A stretch of 64,000 nucleotides of DNA from Clostridia bacterium (GTDB lineage Bacteria > Bacillota > Clostridia > UBA1212 > UBA1255): positions 397-64,396 of the forward strand of contig JAFZEI010000015.1 in the NCBI GenBank assembly GCA_017560765.1. Direction: 5' to 3'. The translations under genes and the position numbers were made by a program. The notes below the pieces were generated by a model. That model was given only the letters and a program-made list of their open reading frames with translations. It was not told the DNA's origin and searched no databases. Shown here piece after piece: positions 1-9,130 of the stretch. Each line of letters opens with the position of its first letter. Position 1 is the stretch's first letter.

Positions 1-536
1 TATGCAAAGAAATCCTGTTGAGCATCATCTTTAGTTTTCATTACCAAAAAGTAGAACGTAATAGTATCCCCGTTTGCGAGCGTGAGCACATATCCATTGT
101 CAGGTATTGCCGGACCTGTATACGCATTTACTCTCTCTACCAGTGTTTTTTGTAATCCCCAAATATATTGGCCATCAGTGAAATTCCAAACAACGGCTTG
201 TACCGTATTTGTATCACTAAGTATGTAGCCTGATGCATCATCATATTTATAAAGTTCATCAAAACTTTGAGTAAGAAGTATCTTTATCTTTTGCGAAACA
301 TCACTACCATCAACATTACTTGTTGCTACTGACGTATCTACAGGTGTAAATACATCACCGGTGTAGGCACCCTTCTTTTTTTGATCAAGGCAAAATCCAC
401 GATAGTCATTCGAAAACAAAACGTCTGTATATCCGTTTGTCATAGATGAAGCATCATCTGCAAAAACAGGTACTACAGCTATCGAAGACAACAAAAAAAC
501 TACGGTCATTACTACACATAAAATTCTTTTTACCAT
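1..536 (-). CDS. Secreted surface protein, N-terminal fragment (gene runs off the window start); signal peptide plus thioester-domain (TED/TQXA)-like adhesin module
   Basis: ATG at 536 with GGAG 8 nt upstream. Own translation: MVKRILCVVMTVVFLLSSIAVVPVFADDA (signal peptide), then RGFCLDQKKKGAY (candidate thioester Cys), TNTVQAVVWNFTDG (TQXA-like Gln motif) and AQQDFFA. The frame is open to position 1. It is absent from the ORF track because there is no stop in the window. Confidence 0.7.
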   Translation of the reverse strand, partial: MVKRILCVVMTVVFLLSSIAVVPVFADDASSMTNGYTDVLFSNDYRGFCLDQKKKGAYTGDVFTPVDTSVATSNVDGSDVSQKIKILLTQSFDELYKYDDASGYILSDTNTVQAVVWNFTDGQYIWGLQKTLVERVNAYTGPAIPDNGYVLTLANGDTITFYFLVMKTKDDAQQDFFA

Positions 537-570
537 CTACTTCACTCCTTTTTTTGGTATAACTGCAAGC

Positions 571-648
571 AAATACACATTCATATTTGTGTATTTACAA
601 ATATCTGTTGATATATACAATCACAGCTATTATTGATTATATATCAAC
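571..648. promoter_or_regulatory. Two inverted repeats upstream of the adhesin gene (candidate operators or 5' UTR hairpins)
   Basis: AAATACACA (571-579) pairs with TGTGTATTT (588-596), with an 8-nt loop. GTTGATATATA (607-617) pairs with TATATATCAAC (638-648), a perfect 11-bp pair with a 20-nt spacer. Both lie 35-112 nt upstream of the ATG at 536. Confidence 0.35.
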
Positions 649-780
649 TTGTCTTCCACTGTCAATCTTTGGGAAACATAAAATATTCCCACTAAAAACA
701 AGAACAGCACCACTTCGCAAAAAGCTTCTGTAGTACTGTTCATCTATTATAAGTTGCTAAATTATAATTATCTTATTATA

Positions 781-978
781 TTAACAATTTTTGCAACGGT
801 AGCTTGAGCACAAACTCTCATCCTCTGTCTGAGAACAGTTCCCTTTTCTGGGTGCAACCTGAATTTCAGCTAAAGAACAAGAATGTTCTGTCTCCATATT
901 ATATATGCAGCTTTTAACGTTACACATTATTGACTGCTTTCCTGTTTTACAATTTTTCGAATCTTTACAATTGTCCAT
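781..978 (-). CDS. Small Cys-rich protein, DUF1540-like
   Basis: 65 aa. The core MCNVKSCIYNMETEHSCSLAEIQV resembles the C-x-V-x2-C-x-Y-N...C-x-A-x2-I-x-V pattern I recall for DUF1540 proteins of spore formers. Confidence 0.6.
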   Translation of the reverse strand: MDNCKDSKNCKTGKQSIMCNVKSCIYNMETEHSCSLAEIQVAPRKGNCSQTEDESLCSSYRCKNC

Positions 979-1067
979 TTCGAAGCGCCTCCGTATAATA
1001 ATTTATATCTTTTGGATACGCATTTATTATTACCTCAATACAAAAAAATATTCATCCTAAAAAATAC

Positions 1068-1105
1068 AAAAAAAGACCTACAACAGTCGTTAACTATTGT
1101 AGGCC
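1068..1105 (-). terminator. Rho-independent terminator of pck
   Basis: Minus strand reads GGCCTACAA-tagttaacgac-TTGTAGGTC followed by TTTTTTT. It starts 33 nt after the pck stop. Confidence 0.8.
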
Positions 1106-1137
1106 AATATAATTTATATTTTTATAAAGAAACAGGA

Positions 1138-2895
1138 TTACATGGCAGCAATTCTTGCAGCAAGACCTTCGTACTGAGCTTGAAGCTCTGCAGGAAGTTT
1201 CTCAAACTGAGCAAGGTGAGCTTTTTGATCCTCAACTTCTTGCATCCATGACTCTTTGTCAATAGAGAGCAATTCAGCAAGAACTTCTTTAGTAATGCTT
1301 GTGCCTTCAAGATCAATATCTTCAACTTTAGGCAAGTATCCTATAGGAGACTCAACAGCGTCAACTTGATCATTGCAACGAGCAAGAATCCAAAGAAGAA
1401 CTCTGAGGTTGTCACCGAATCCGGGCCAAATGAACTTACCGTTCTCATCTACGCGGAACCAGTTAACATTGAAGATTTTCGGGGGATTAGGTATCTTTTT
1501 ACCCATCTCAAGCCAATGTTGGAAGTATTCTCCCATATTGTATCCGCAGAAAGGACGCATAGCCATAGGATCTCTTCTTACTACGCCAACTGCGCCTGTA
1601 GCTGCAGCTGTTGTCTCAGAAGCCATTGTAGCACCAACGAATACACCATGCTCCCAATCAAATGATTGATATACAAGCGGAGCAACTTTTGCACGACGAC
1701 CACCGAATACGATAGCTGAAATCGGAACGCCTGCAGGATTCTCCCACTCAGAAGAGATGCAAGGACACTGACAAGCAGGTGCTGTAAATCTTGAGTTAGG
1801 ATGAGCACCCTTTGTTCCCATATCAGGAGTCCACTCATTACCCTTCCAGTCAATTGCCTTTGCAGGAGCGTCAACGCCCATGCTCTCCCACCATACATTC
1901 TTATCAGGAGTGATAACAACGTTTGTGAAGATTGTATTTTTCTGACATGTAAGGAGCGCGTTGGGGTTAGATTTCATACTTGTTCCCGGAGCAACACCGA
2001 AGAAACCTGCCTCGGGGTTAACTGCCCAAAGTCTGCCGTCTGCGCCTATTCTAAGCCAAGCGATGTCATCGCCCACTGTCCAAACTTTATATCCCATAGC
2101 TCTGTATTTCTCAGGAGGAATAAGCATTGCAAGGTTTGTTTTACCGCAAGCACTTGGGAATGCAGCTGAAACGTATTGAATGTCACCCTTAGGACTCTCA
2201 ACGCCGAGGATGAGCATGTGCTCAGCCATCCAACCTTCTTTTCTGCCGAGCCAGCTTGCTATACGAAGAGCGAAGCATTTTTTACCGAGAAGAACGTTAC
2301 CGCCGTAACCTGAACCGATTGACCAGATTGCATTATCCTCGGGGAAGTGACAGATATATCTCTTCTCAGGATCAATCTCGCCTTTTGAATGGAGACCTTT
2401 AATGAAATTAGGTGAATCGCCAAGCATATCCATAGCAATTTTACCCATTCTTGTCATAATTCTCATGTTCAATACAACATAGATACTGTCTGTAATCTCA
2501 ATACCAACTTTGCTGAACTCTGAGAAAGCAGGTCCCATAATGTAAGGGATAACATACATTGTTCTACCCTTCATGCTGCCCTCAAAAAGTGTACCTAATT
2601 TTGCATAAGCTGCACTCTTTTCCATCCAATTGTTAATCGGGCCTGCGTCTTCTTTGTGTTCTGTGCAGATGAATGTAAGATGCTCTACTCTGGCAACGTC
2701 ATTTTCTGCTGTTCTATGATATAAACAACCGGGGAGTTTTTCTTGATCTAATTCAATCATCTCACCTGTTGAAAGAGCTTGCTTTGTTAATCTTTCACGC
2801 TCTTCTTCTGAACCGTCAATCCATACTATAGAATCCGGCTGGGTCATTTTTGCCATCTGTTCAACCCATTCGTTAACGTAAACGTTGTTATACAT
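1138..2895 (-). CDS. pck: Phosphoenolpyruvate carboxykinase (GTP)
   Basis: 585 aa with full-length resemblance to GTP-type PEPCK. Motifs include FPSACGKTNLAML (P-loop), GSGYGGNVLLGKKCFALRIAS and VNWFRVDENGKFIWPGFGDN. Confidence 0.95.
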   Translation of the reverse strand: MYNNVYVNEWVEQMAKMTQPDSIVWIDGSEEERERLTKQALSTGEMIELDQEKLPGCLYHRTAENDVARVEHLTFICTEHKEDAGPINNWMEKSAAYAKLGTLFEGSMKGRTMYVIPYIMGPAFSEFSKVGIEITDSIYVVLNMRIMTRMGKIAMDMLGDSPNFIKGLHSKGEIDPEKRYICHFPEDNAIWSIGSGYGGNVLLGKKCFALRIASWLGRKEGWMAEHMLILGVESPKGDIQYVSAAFPSACGKTNLAMLIPPEKYRAMGYKVWTVGDDIAWLRIGADGRLWAVNPEAGFFGVAPGTSMKSNPNALLTCQKNTIFTNVVITPDKNVWWESMGVDAPAKAIDWKGNEWTPDMGTKGAHPNSRFTAPACQCPCISSEWENPAGVPISAIVFGGRRAKVAPLVYQSFDWEHGVFVGATMASETTAAATGAVGVVRRDPMAMRPFCGYNMGEYFQHWLEMGKKIPNPPKIFNVNWFRVDENGKFIWPGFGDNLRVLLWILARCNDQVDAVESPIGYLPKVEDIDLEGTSITKEVLAELLSIDKESWMQEVEDQKAHLAQFEKLPAELQAQYEGLAARIAAM

Positions 2896-2981
2896 GTTCC
2901 TGTCCTTCTTTCTGTTTCATTTACTCTCATAAAAGCTTTTTATAAAGCTTTCTTGCGAAATTCTATTAGCTCGCAACATAT

Positions 2982-3009
2982 ATTATACTCAAAACGAAGA
3001 TTTGTGCAA
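2982..3009 (-). promoter_or_regulatory. Candidate sigma-A promoter of pck, straddling the rsmA stop codon
   Basis: Minus strand reads TTGCAC (3009-3004), N16, TATAAT (2987-2982). Two hairpins (TTGCGA/TCGCAA at 2953-2976 and AAAGCTTT/AAAGCTTT at 2932-2951) lie downstream, in what would be the pck 5' UTR and the rsmA 3' end. Confidence 0.45.
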
Positions 3010-3870
3010 CAATAAATTTGAAAGCTGTCCAAATTCCTCCGGAGAAAGCACTTCTCCCCGTATTCCTGAGCTTTTTCCAATTTCTTCTATGCATTTCACT
3101 GCAGTTTCACGCGTAATTCCCAGATATTGTGCATTTGCTAAAGAGTTTGCCAGCATTTTTCGTCTTTGACAAAAAGCAGCACGCACAACTTTAAAAAAGT
3201 ACTCTTGATCGTTCAATTCAAAAGGCGGCTTCTCGCGAAGCTTCAACGTAATAACCGCCGAGTCCACATTCGGTTGCGGTATAAAACAATGCGGCGGCAC
3301 AATAAATTCTATTTCCGGTTCGGAAAAATATCCCACCGTTACGGTAAGAGCACCATAATCCTTGCCACCGGGCTTTGCAGTCATTCTTTTGGCTACTTCT
3401 TTTTGCACCATAAACGTCATAGAGCGAAGCTGCGGCATCTTATTCTCCAAAAAAGAAAAAATAATAGGTGTTGTAATGTAATACGGCAAATTTGCTACTA
3501 CCTTTACATTTTTTAATTTACCGTCAGACTCCTCTATTTTCTGTGCTACTATTTCTCTTATATTCACTTTAAGAATATCATCGTTAATAAGCTCAATATT
3601 GTTGTGCATATCGCATACAGCCTTCAAAGGCGGTATAAGATTTTTATCAATCTCAACAGCAATAACAAGCCCGGCCTCATTAGCCAGTAAATCGGTCATC
3701 ACTCCCAATCCCGGTCCAACTTCTACAACAATATCCTCTTCTGTCAAATTCGCAGAATAAACAATTTCCTGAACAACTGAAATGTCGTTCAGGAAATTTT
3801 GTCCCAGACTTTTTGAAGGCTTTATGCCGAAAAAATTCATACGATCCTTTGTATTAAACTTCTGATCCAT
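2989..3870 (-). CDS. rsmA: 16S rRNA (adenine1518/1519-N6)-dimethyltransferase
   Basis: KSLGQNFL, VVEVGPGLGVMT (SAM motif) and ANLPYYITTPI. Length 293 aa. Confidence 0.95.
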   Translation of the reverse strand: MDQKFNTKDRMNFFGIKPSKSLGQNFLNDISVVQEIVYSANLTEEDIVVEVGPGLGVMTDLLANEAGLVIAVEIDKNLIPPLKAVCDMHNNIELINDDILKVNIREIVAQKIEESDGKLKNVKVVANLPYYITTPIIFSFLENKMPQLRSMTFMVQKEVAKRMTAKPGGKDYGALTVTVGYFSEPEIEFIVPPHCFIPQPNVDSAVITLKLREKPPFELNDQEYFFKVVRAAFCQRRKMLANSLANAQYLGITRETAVKCIEEIGKSSGIRGEVLSPEEFGQLSNLLLHKSSF

Positions 3871-3903
3871 TTATTAGCCTCACTAATTTACTTTTTATTC
3901 TTT

Positions 3904-5061
3904 TTAACCTCTTAGGGCAAAAACATCCACACTTTGATCCTCAAGAACATAAACCGTTACATCACGAATACCAAAACGATTACAATCATCTTCGCTCTCC
4001 ATGAACAAATCAACTCTCATATTCTTAATTGATCCGCCCACATCCCATGCAATGCAATATCCGTAATCCGGTATACCTGCAACATTACTTTTTATATAAA
4101 GCTTTGTACCAAGAGGAATAACTCTTGTATCGACTGCCACAACACCCTCTCTTGCCCTGTTTCCGGAAGCTGTTGAATAACCCCAATTTTCAGGTGTAGG
4201 TGAATAAGCAGTAGCTACCATATCAAAAACCTTTGAATAACTGTCGTTAAAACCTCTGTTTGTTGTAAAAGAAACCTTCGTTCCCACTGCAACAACCTTA
4301 TTTACAGGCTGTGTCTTGACTTCTGAAATCAATTCTCTGGAAACTTCCTTGCCGTCTTCATATTTTACGGAATACTTTCTTGTAACAGAACCATTCTGAC
4401 CTTGAACCGCAACCTCCGACTCACCTTTATATAAAGTCGAATCCTCTACATAAACCGTCTCATACGGAATATCGGCTTTCTCTTCTACTACCTTTGTAGA
4501 TACAATCACAACGGTAATCGCATCACCGTCAGAAGCAGTCCCGTCTTGATTACCACCGTGAATTACATCGGAACCGTCAACCTTTATGCCGTTTTCCGTA
4601 AGGGCGTCCGAAATATTATCTGTATAAGTTTTGATAATTTTCTCTTCTCCGGCCATTGTAACAAGAAGTGTAATCGGTCTGGAGACGGAAATAACATCAT
4701 TTACATTATCCAAATTGCAAGTAAGGTCATAATTTATCTTATCATCTGTTGCAAGAACAATACCTGCATCCTTAATAGCCTCCGAAACTGTTTCCGCACG
4801 AGTAGTTATTTCGTAAAGCTCCCCGTCTACACTGACTGTAACTGTTCTGAAATCTTTTGTAAAAAGACATACAGCCAAACAAATAGAAACAGCCATTACG
4901 CCACAGAGGATGCCCATATATTTAACCAAACCTAAAGATTTTTTTATCGCTATGATTTGCTTTCGAATACTAATACAAATCGCTCCAATCTGTTTTTTCT
5001 TTTCGCAAGCTTTTATCTTGTTGCAAAATTTCCCAACGCGCCCTACCTCCGGCAGAGTCAC
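3904..5061 (-). CDS. YabE-like cell-wall protein (TM anchor, DUF348-like repeats, G5 domain, 3D domain)
   Basis: TM segment MGILCGVMAVSICLAVCLF, G5-like YKGESEVAVQGQNGSVTRKY and C-terminal 3D-like VAVDTRVIPLGTKLYI...WDVGGSIKNMRVDLF. The start is uncertain. GTG at 5061 has no SD and sits about 5 nt from the predicted TSS, so ATG at 4917 is an alternative. Confidence 0.8.
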   Translation of the reverse strand: MTLPEVGRVGKFCNKIKACEKKKQIGAICISIRKQIIAIKKSLGLVKYMGILCGVMAVSICLAVCLFTKDFRTVTVSVDGELYEITTRAETVSEAIKDAGIVLATDDKINYDLTCNLDNVNDVISVSRPITLLVTMAGEEKIIKTYTDNISDALTENGIKVDGSDVIHGGNQDGTASDGDAITVVIVSTKVVEEKADIPYETVYVEDSTLYKGESEVAVQGQNGSVTRKYSVKYEDGKEVSRELISEVKTQPVNKVVAVGTKVSFTTNRGFNDSYSKVFDMVATAYSPTPENWGYSTASGNRAREGVVAVDTRVIPLGTKLYIKSNVAGIPDYGYCIAWDVGGSIKNMRVDLFMESEDDCNRFGIRDVTVYVLEDQSVDVFALRG

Positions 5062-5071
5062 GTATGCTACA

Positions 5072-5101
5072 ATTTTAGTATAAAAACGGGAATAGTGTCA
5101 A
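5072..5101 (-). promoter_or_regulatory. Candidate sigma-A promoter for yabE-like/rsmA
   Basis: Minus strand reads TTGACA (5101-5096), N18, TAAAAT (5077-5072). Confidence 0.5.
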
Positions 5102-5179
5102 CTTTTTATCTCTGTTTTGCAAAATTTCATGCATGATGCTCGCAACTTATACAAAAAAGCCTGTGGAAAAACCTATTTT

Positions 5180-5977
5180 TTAGTGCAATTTGCCAAAAAC
5201 TCTCAAAGCATTGTCTGTTGTTAACTCACAAATATATTCATAAGAAACATCAAGAATTTCTGCCATTCGTCTTGCCGTGTATACTGTATACGACGAATCG
5301 TTTCTTTTTCCTCTATATGGCACAGGAGTCAAATACGGGCTGTCCGTTTCAATAAGTATGCGTTCTCTTGGCATCACTTTCACAGCCTCTGCCAATTTAA
5401 CTGCATTTTTAAAAGTCAGTACTCCTCCCACTGAGAAACTCATATTAAGCTCCGCAAAATCTCTTACCATCTCTGCACTGCCGGAATAGCAATGTAATAC
5501 ATTTTCCACTTGACCGGACACATTATCTTTAAGAATATTAAGAGTATCTTGATGTGCATCCCTGTCGTGCACCACTAAAGGCAGCCTCAAGCTTTCCGAC
5601 ATACGTATATGCTCAATAAAATTAACTTTTTGCAAAGCCTTTAATCTAAGCACCTCATCAGGCTTGTCCTTAGGGAGCCAATAATAATCAAGCCCCGTTT
5701 CGCCAATACCTACCGCTTTCGGTTCGTTTTCTATAAGATTACTTATTTTGCCCAGAACCTCAGATGAATATGTTTCCGCATACTCCGGATGAATTCCCAA
5801 CACACAATAAACATTATCAAATTTCTTTGCAAGCTCTATGGATTTTACCGAGGTCTCATAATCGACGGCAGCATTTATTACATATCCTATACCCGCCTCT
5901 TTTACTCTTTCCAGGCAACTGTTTAAATCTTCTGAAAACGCATTATCATCATAATGCGCATGAACATCAATAATCAT
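5180..5977 (-). CDS. tatD: TatD-family metal-dependent hydrolase/DNase
   Basis: MIIDVHAHYDD, VVHDRDAH and ETDSPYLTPVPYRGKRN. It has the conserved position next to yabE/rsmA, as in Bacillus yabD. Confidence 0.9.
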   Translation of the reverse strand: MIIDVHAHYDDNAFSEDLNSCLERVKEAGIGYVINAAVDYETSVKSIELAKKFDNVYCVLGIHPEYAETYSSEVLGKISNLIENEPKAVGIGETGLDYYWLPKDKPDEVLRLKALQKVNFIEHIRMSESLRLPLVVHDRDAHQDTLNILKDNVSGQVENVLHCYSGSAEMVRDFAELNMSFSVGGVLTFKNAVKLAEAVKVMPRERILIETDSPYLTPVPYRGKRNDSSYTVYTARRMAEILDVSYEYICELTTDNALRVFGKLH

Positions 5978-6006
5978 GCGAAATCACCGTTCCCCTTTAT
6001 ATTATA

Positions 6007-6792
6007 TTATTTAATGATACATTGTATACCTTCCGTTCCCTCCGGCAGAATGCTTCGTATGCAATATGTACCATCAGTATCACGGGCGCATTCAATCTTA
6101 ACGCTTCTGTTTGATTCAGGCTTTGCTATATATTCTGCAAAAGAAATTTCATGCTTGTATTTAATATCAATTACAGAAATACTGTTCCCCTCTGCAAAAA
6201 ATTCTATCGGCAAAGCTTCCTCAGCCCACTCCACGTATTTTGCATTATTTACATGTCTGTTATAGTCAAAATCAGCATACGACGGAATTCTCGTGCGCTC
6301 TCCCACTTTTGAAACATCAAAAACTTCAGGTGAATACATAGCACCCTTTGGCATTGCAAAAGGTTCCTCTTTCGAGATAATCTCCGGGAATGCAATATTA
6401 CATTCCGAAGGTCTTAAAACAGAACGCTTAGATACATCAAACAAGGCCCACTGTGAAACAGCGCTGCCATAAACATTTCCTTTTAAATCCTCAACTGTAA
6501 AATAACGAGTAAAAATAACTTTCATGTTCTTGTTGGGCCAAGTTCTGATAACGATTTCCTCTCCGGCTCCCGGATGCCTTTGCATCTCAAAACGCATACG
6601 CGACAAAATATAACAAGCATTATACTTTTTCATTAGGTCGCCCCAGCCGCAGCCAAATTCAACACATTGAGCATTGGCAGTATCTTGCACAATTGCAAAA
6701 ACGGCAGACATTTTTATCTTGTTATTCATATCTACATCACGAGCAACTATCTGTCTTATTTCTGAATAAGTACCATCAGCATTCTGTCCCAC
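6007..6792 (-). CDS. Acyl-ACP thioesterase
   Basis: 261 aa double hot-dog type. Motifs are RDVDMNNKIKMSAVFAIVQDTA and DFDYNRHVNNAKYVEW. The GTG start has AGGAAG 7 nt upstream. Confidence 0.8.
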   Translation of the reverse strand: MGQNADGTYSEIRQIVARDVDMNNKIKMSAVFAIVQDTANAQCVEFGCGWGDLMKKYNACYILSRMRFEMQRHPGAGEEIVIRTWPNKNMKVIFTRYFTVEDLKGNVYGSAVSQWALFDVSKRSVLRPSECNIAFPEIISKEEPFAMPKGAMYSPEVFDVSKVGERTRIPSYADFDYNRHVNNAKYVEWAEEALPIEFFAEGNSISVIDIKYKHEISFAEYIAKPESNRSVKIECARDTDGTYCIRSILPEGTEGIQCIIK

Positions 6793-6866
6793 AAAAACAC
6801 TTCCTTCTCATAAACCAAAAAACTTCATCTCCGATAAAACAGAGACGAAGTAAAAAATACTCGATT

Positions 6867-6895
6867 ATGATACCCTAAAAATTTTTTCATGTCAA
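6867..6895 (-). promoter_or_regulatory. Candidate sigma-A promoter for thioesterase/tatD
   Basis: Minus strand reads TTGACA (6895-6890), N17, TATCAT (6872-6867). Confidence 0.55.
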
Positions 6896-6922
6896 CGTGT
6901 AAGGAGCAACAGCCTGCCTTTT

Positions 6923-9130
6923 TCAGATTAATATCTTATGCACTTTTCCGTCATCTTCCAATTTTATTGTTTTGCATCCTTTTGATTTTACAGTAATGAT
7001 ATATACAGAATTTTTATATTTATATTCTATTGTATATTCCTTCCACTCATCCGGAATGTTTGCGTTCAATACTATTTCTGCTTTACCCTTAATTTCACTG
7101 TTTTTCACTGTAAATCCCAAAATATCTTCAAGAATCACCTGATACAGCCATGAGGACGAACCTGTATACCAAGTCCAACCGCCGCGACCAATATTTTCAT
7201 CGCTGTAAATATCTGCTGCAACAGCATAAGGTTCCGTTTTATAACGCGCAACTTCCAATTCTGTCCTGGTATGATTTATAGGGTTTATTACATCTACCAT
7301 ACGTCTTCCTTTTTTAGCAAAATCATCTCCCATTTTAAGAAATGCTTTTGCCAACCAAACTGCCCCATGGGTGTATTGTGCACCATTCTCACGTATTCCG
7401 GCAGGATATGACGCAATATAACCCACATCTTCAATAGAATCAGCAGAAAAAGGAGGCGTGAGCAGCTTTATTATTCCGTTGTTATAATCTGCCAAAAAGC
7501 GTTCCGCAGACAAAAGAGCAGTCTTGCACCTTTCTTTATTTCCAAAGCCGCTTAACACTGCCCATGATTGAGCTATGGAGTCTATCATACATTCTCCCGA
7601 ACGGTGGCTGCCTAAAACCCTCCCGTTATCACAAAACGCACGAATATACCAATTGCCATCCCAAGCATGTTTTTCTATGGCATCGGCAATTTTTTTTGTT
7701 TCCGTTTGCAATCTATGCCTGTCTACCTTTGCAGATTGAGACAGAAGCGACATTTTATCCAAGGCCTTTAGGCAATAACATAAGAACCAGCCGAGCCAGA
7801 CACTTTCGCCTTTACCTTGAATGCCCACGCGGTTCATTCCGTCGTTCCAATCACCGCCCATTATAAGCGGAATACCATGTTCTCCGTATCTCATTGCGTG
7901 CCTGCATGCCAACAGGCAATGGGAAAACAGACTCTCGCTTTTTTCAGATACCTCAGGTATCTCATATCTGTCAATTTCGTTAAAATCAAGAGATTTACTC
8001 TTAATATACGGTACTTTTATATCAAGAATCCCACTGTCTCCCGTAACTTCTATATAGCGAAAAGTCACGTAAACGAGCCACAGTAAATCGTCGCTGTATC
8101 TGCTGCGTATACCTGCATTTTCCGGAGGATGCCACCAATGTTGTACATCGCCTTCCTCATACTGTCTTGAGGCATGCAGTAAAATGCGCTCTTTAACTTT
8201 CTGCGGGTCTGTACATAAAAGGGCAAGGCTGTCTTGAAGTTGGTCTCTAAAACCATAAGCACCGCCGCATTGATAAAAAGCAGTTCTGCCATTTAAGCGG
8301 CAACTAACAGTTTGGTACAAAAGCCAACCGTTCATCATAACATTTATGCTCTTTTCCGGCGTAGTTATGCGAATTCGTCCTAAATATTCTGACCAATAAT
8401 CTTTTACTTTTTCAAGCGCCTCACTGCATGCTTCATATCTGGTATATTCTTGTAAAACAGTCTTATTGTCTGACAGTAGCAAAACACCTTTCCATGTATC
8501 ACCTTTAGAAACAGCCTTTCGTATATTTTCCGCCGAGGAATACATCTCGTGCCTGTATGGTGTTTCAACGGAATACTTTAGAGACAATTTCTTTTCTTTC
8601 TCCGACGTAATTTCAAAAAGCGTTATTTTAACACCTTTGTTTATTGGTACAAATGTTGTAAAACACCACTCTATTCCGTTATATTCTCCTTTAAAGGATG
8701 AATATCCATAGCCATGATGTGTTATGCAATTTGAAAAAGGAGAAATGGAATTTTCTCCTTCTTCTGTAAATTCTGTAATTTCTATACGTTCATCAGATAA
8801 ATCCTCCAGAGGATCGCAATACCAGCGAGTTATAGGATTTTCTCTGCTGTTTCCATGCCAAACGTAACCTCCGCCTTTTTCTGAAATAATAAAGCCAAAC
8901 GGTTCTCCTTCAGCAGCAGAGATGCAATTAATCCAAGGTACAGGAGGACTTTTATATATAATATATTCTCCTGACGATGTATCAAAACCACCAAATCCAT
9001 TGTTAAATTCCAAATTACCGTAATTAAAATTCCTTTTCACAAGCAGCACTCCCAATTTTTTATCATAGCCAAAAGACAAGATTTGATGCTTCAATGATTG
9101 GTGCAGCTCCGTTACTGTCTTTAGGCACAA
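6923..9130 (-). CDS. GH94 (cellobiose/cyclic-glucan phosphorylase-like) domain protein; C-terminal part of a cyclic beta-1,2-glucan synthase in a separate frame
   Basis: EFNNGFGGFDTSSGEYIIY (GH94 N-terminal signature), RYSDDLLWL and GGDWNDGMNRVG...GESVWLGWF (catalytic region). The track start at 9130 is a TTG. GTG at 9040 has GGAG 8 nt upstream and lies 23 nt after the upstream stop. Confidence 0.85.
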   Translation of the reverse strand: MCLKTVTELHQSLKHQILSFGYDKKLGVLLVKRNFNYGNLEFNNGFGGFDTSSGEYIIYKSPPVPWINCISAAEGEPFGFIISEKGGGYVWHGNSRENPITRWYCDPLEDLSDERIEITEFTEEGENSISPFSNCITHHGYGYSSFKGEYNGIEWCFTTFVPINKGVKITLFEITSEKEKKLSLKYSVETPYRHEMYSSAENIRKAVSKGDTWKGVLLLSDNKTVLQEYTRYEACSEALEKVKDYWSEYLGRIRITTPEKSINVMMNGWLLYQTVSCRLNGRTAFYQCGGAYGFRDQLQDSLALLCTDPQKVKERILLHASRQYEEGDVQHWWHPPENAGIRSRYSDDLLWLVYVTFRYIEVTGDSGILDIKVPYIKSKSLDFNEIDRYEIPEVSEKSESLFSHCLLACRHAMRYGEHGIPLIMGGDWNDGMNRVGIQGKGESVWLGWFLCYCLKALDKMSLLSQSAKVDRHRLQTETKKIADAIEKHAWDGNWYIRAFCDNGRVLGSHRSGECMIDSIAQSWAVLSGFGNKERCKTALLSAERFLADYNNGIIKLLTPPFSADSIEDVGYIASYPAGIRENGAQYTHGAVWLAKAFLKMGDDFAKKGRRMVDVINPINHTRTELEVARYKTEPYAVAADIYSDENIGRGGWTWYTGSSSWLYQVILEDILGFTVKNSEIKGKAEIVLNANIPDEWKEYTIEYKYKNSVYIITVKSKGCKTIKLEDDGKVHKILI

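Noticed and set aside
1012-1325. Small ORFs (79 aa on plus, 67 aa on minus) around the pck 3' end
   Set aside because: They overlap the pck coding end and its terminator hairpin, and have no SD or conserved features.
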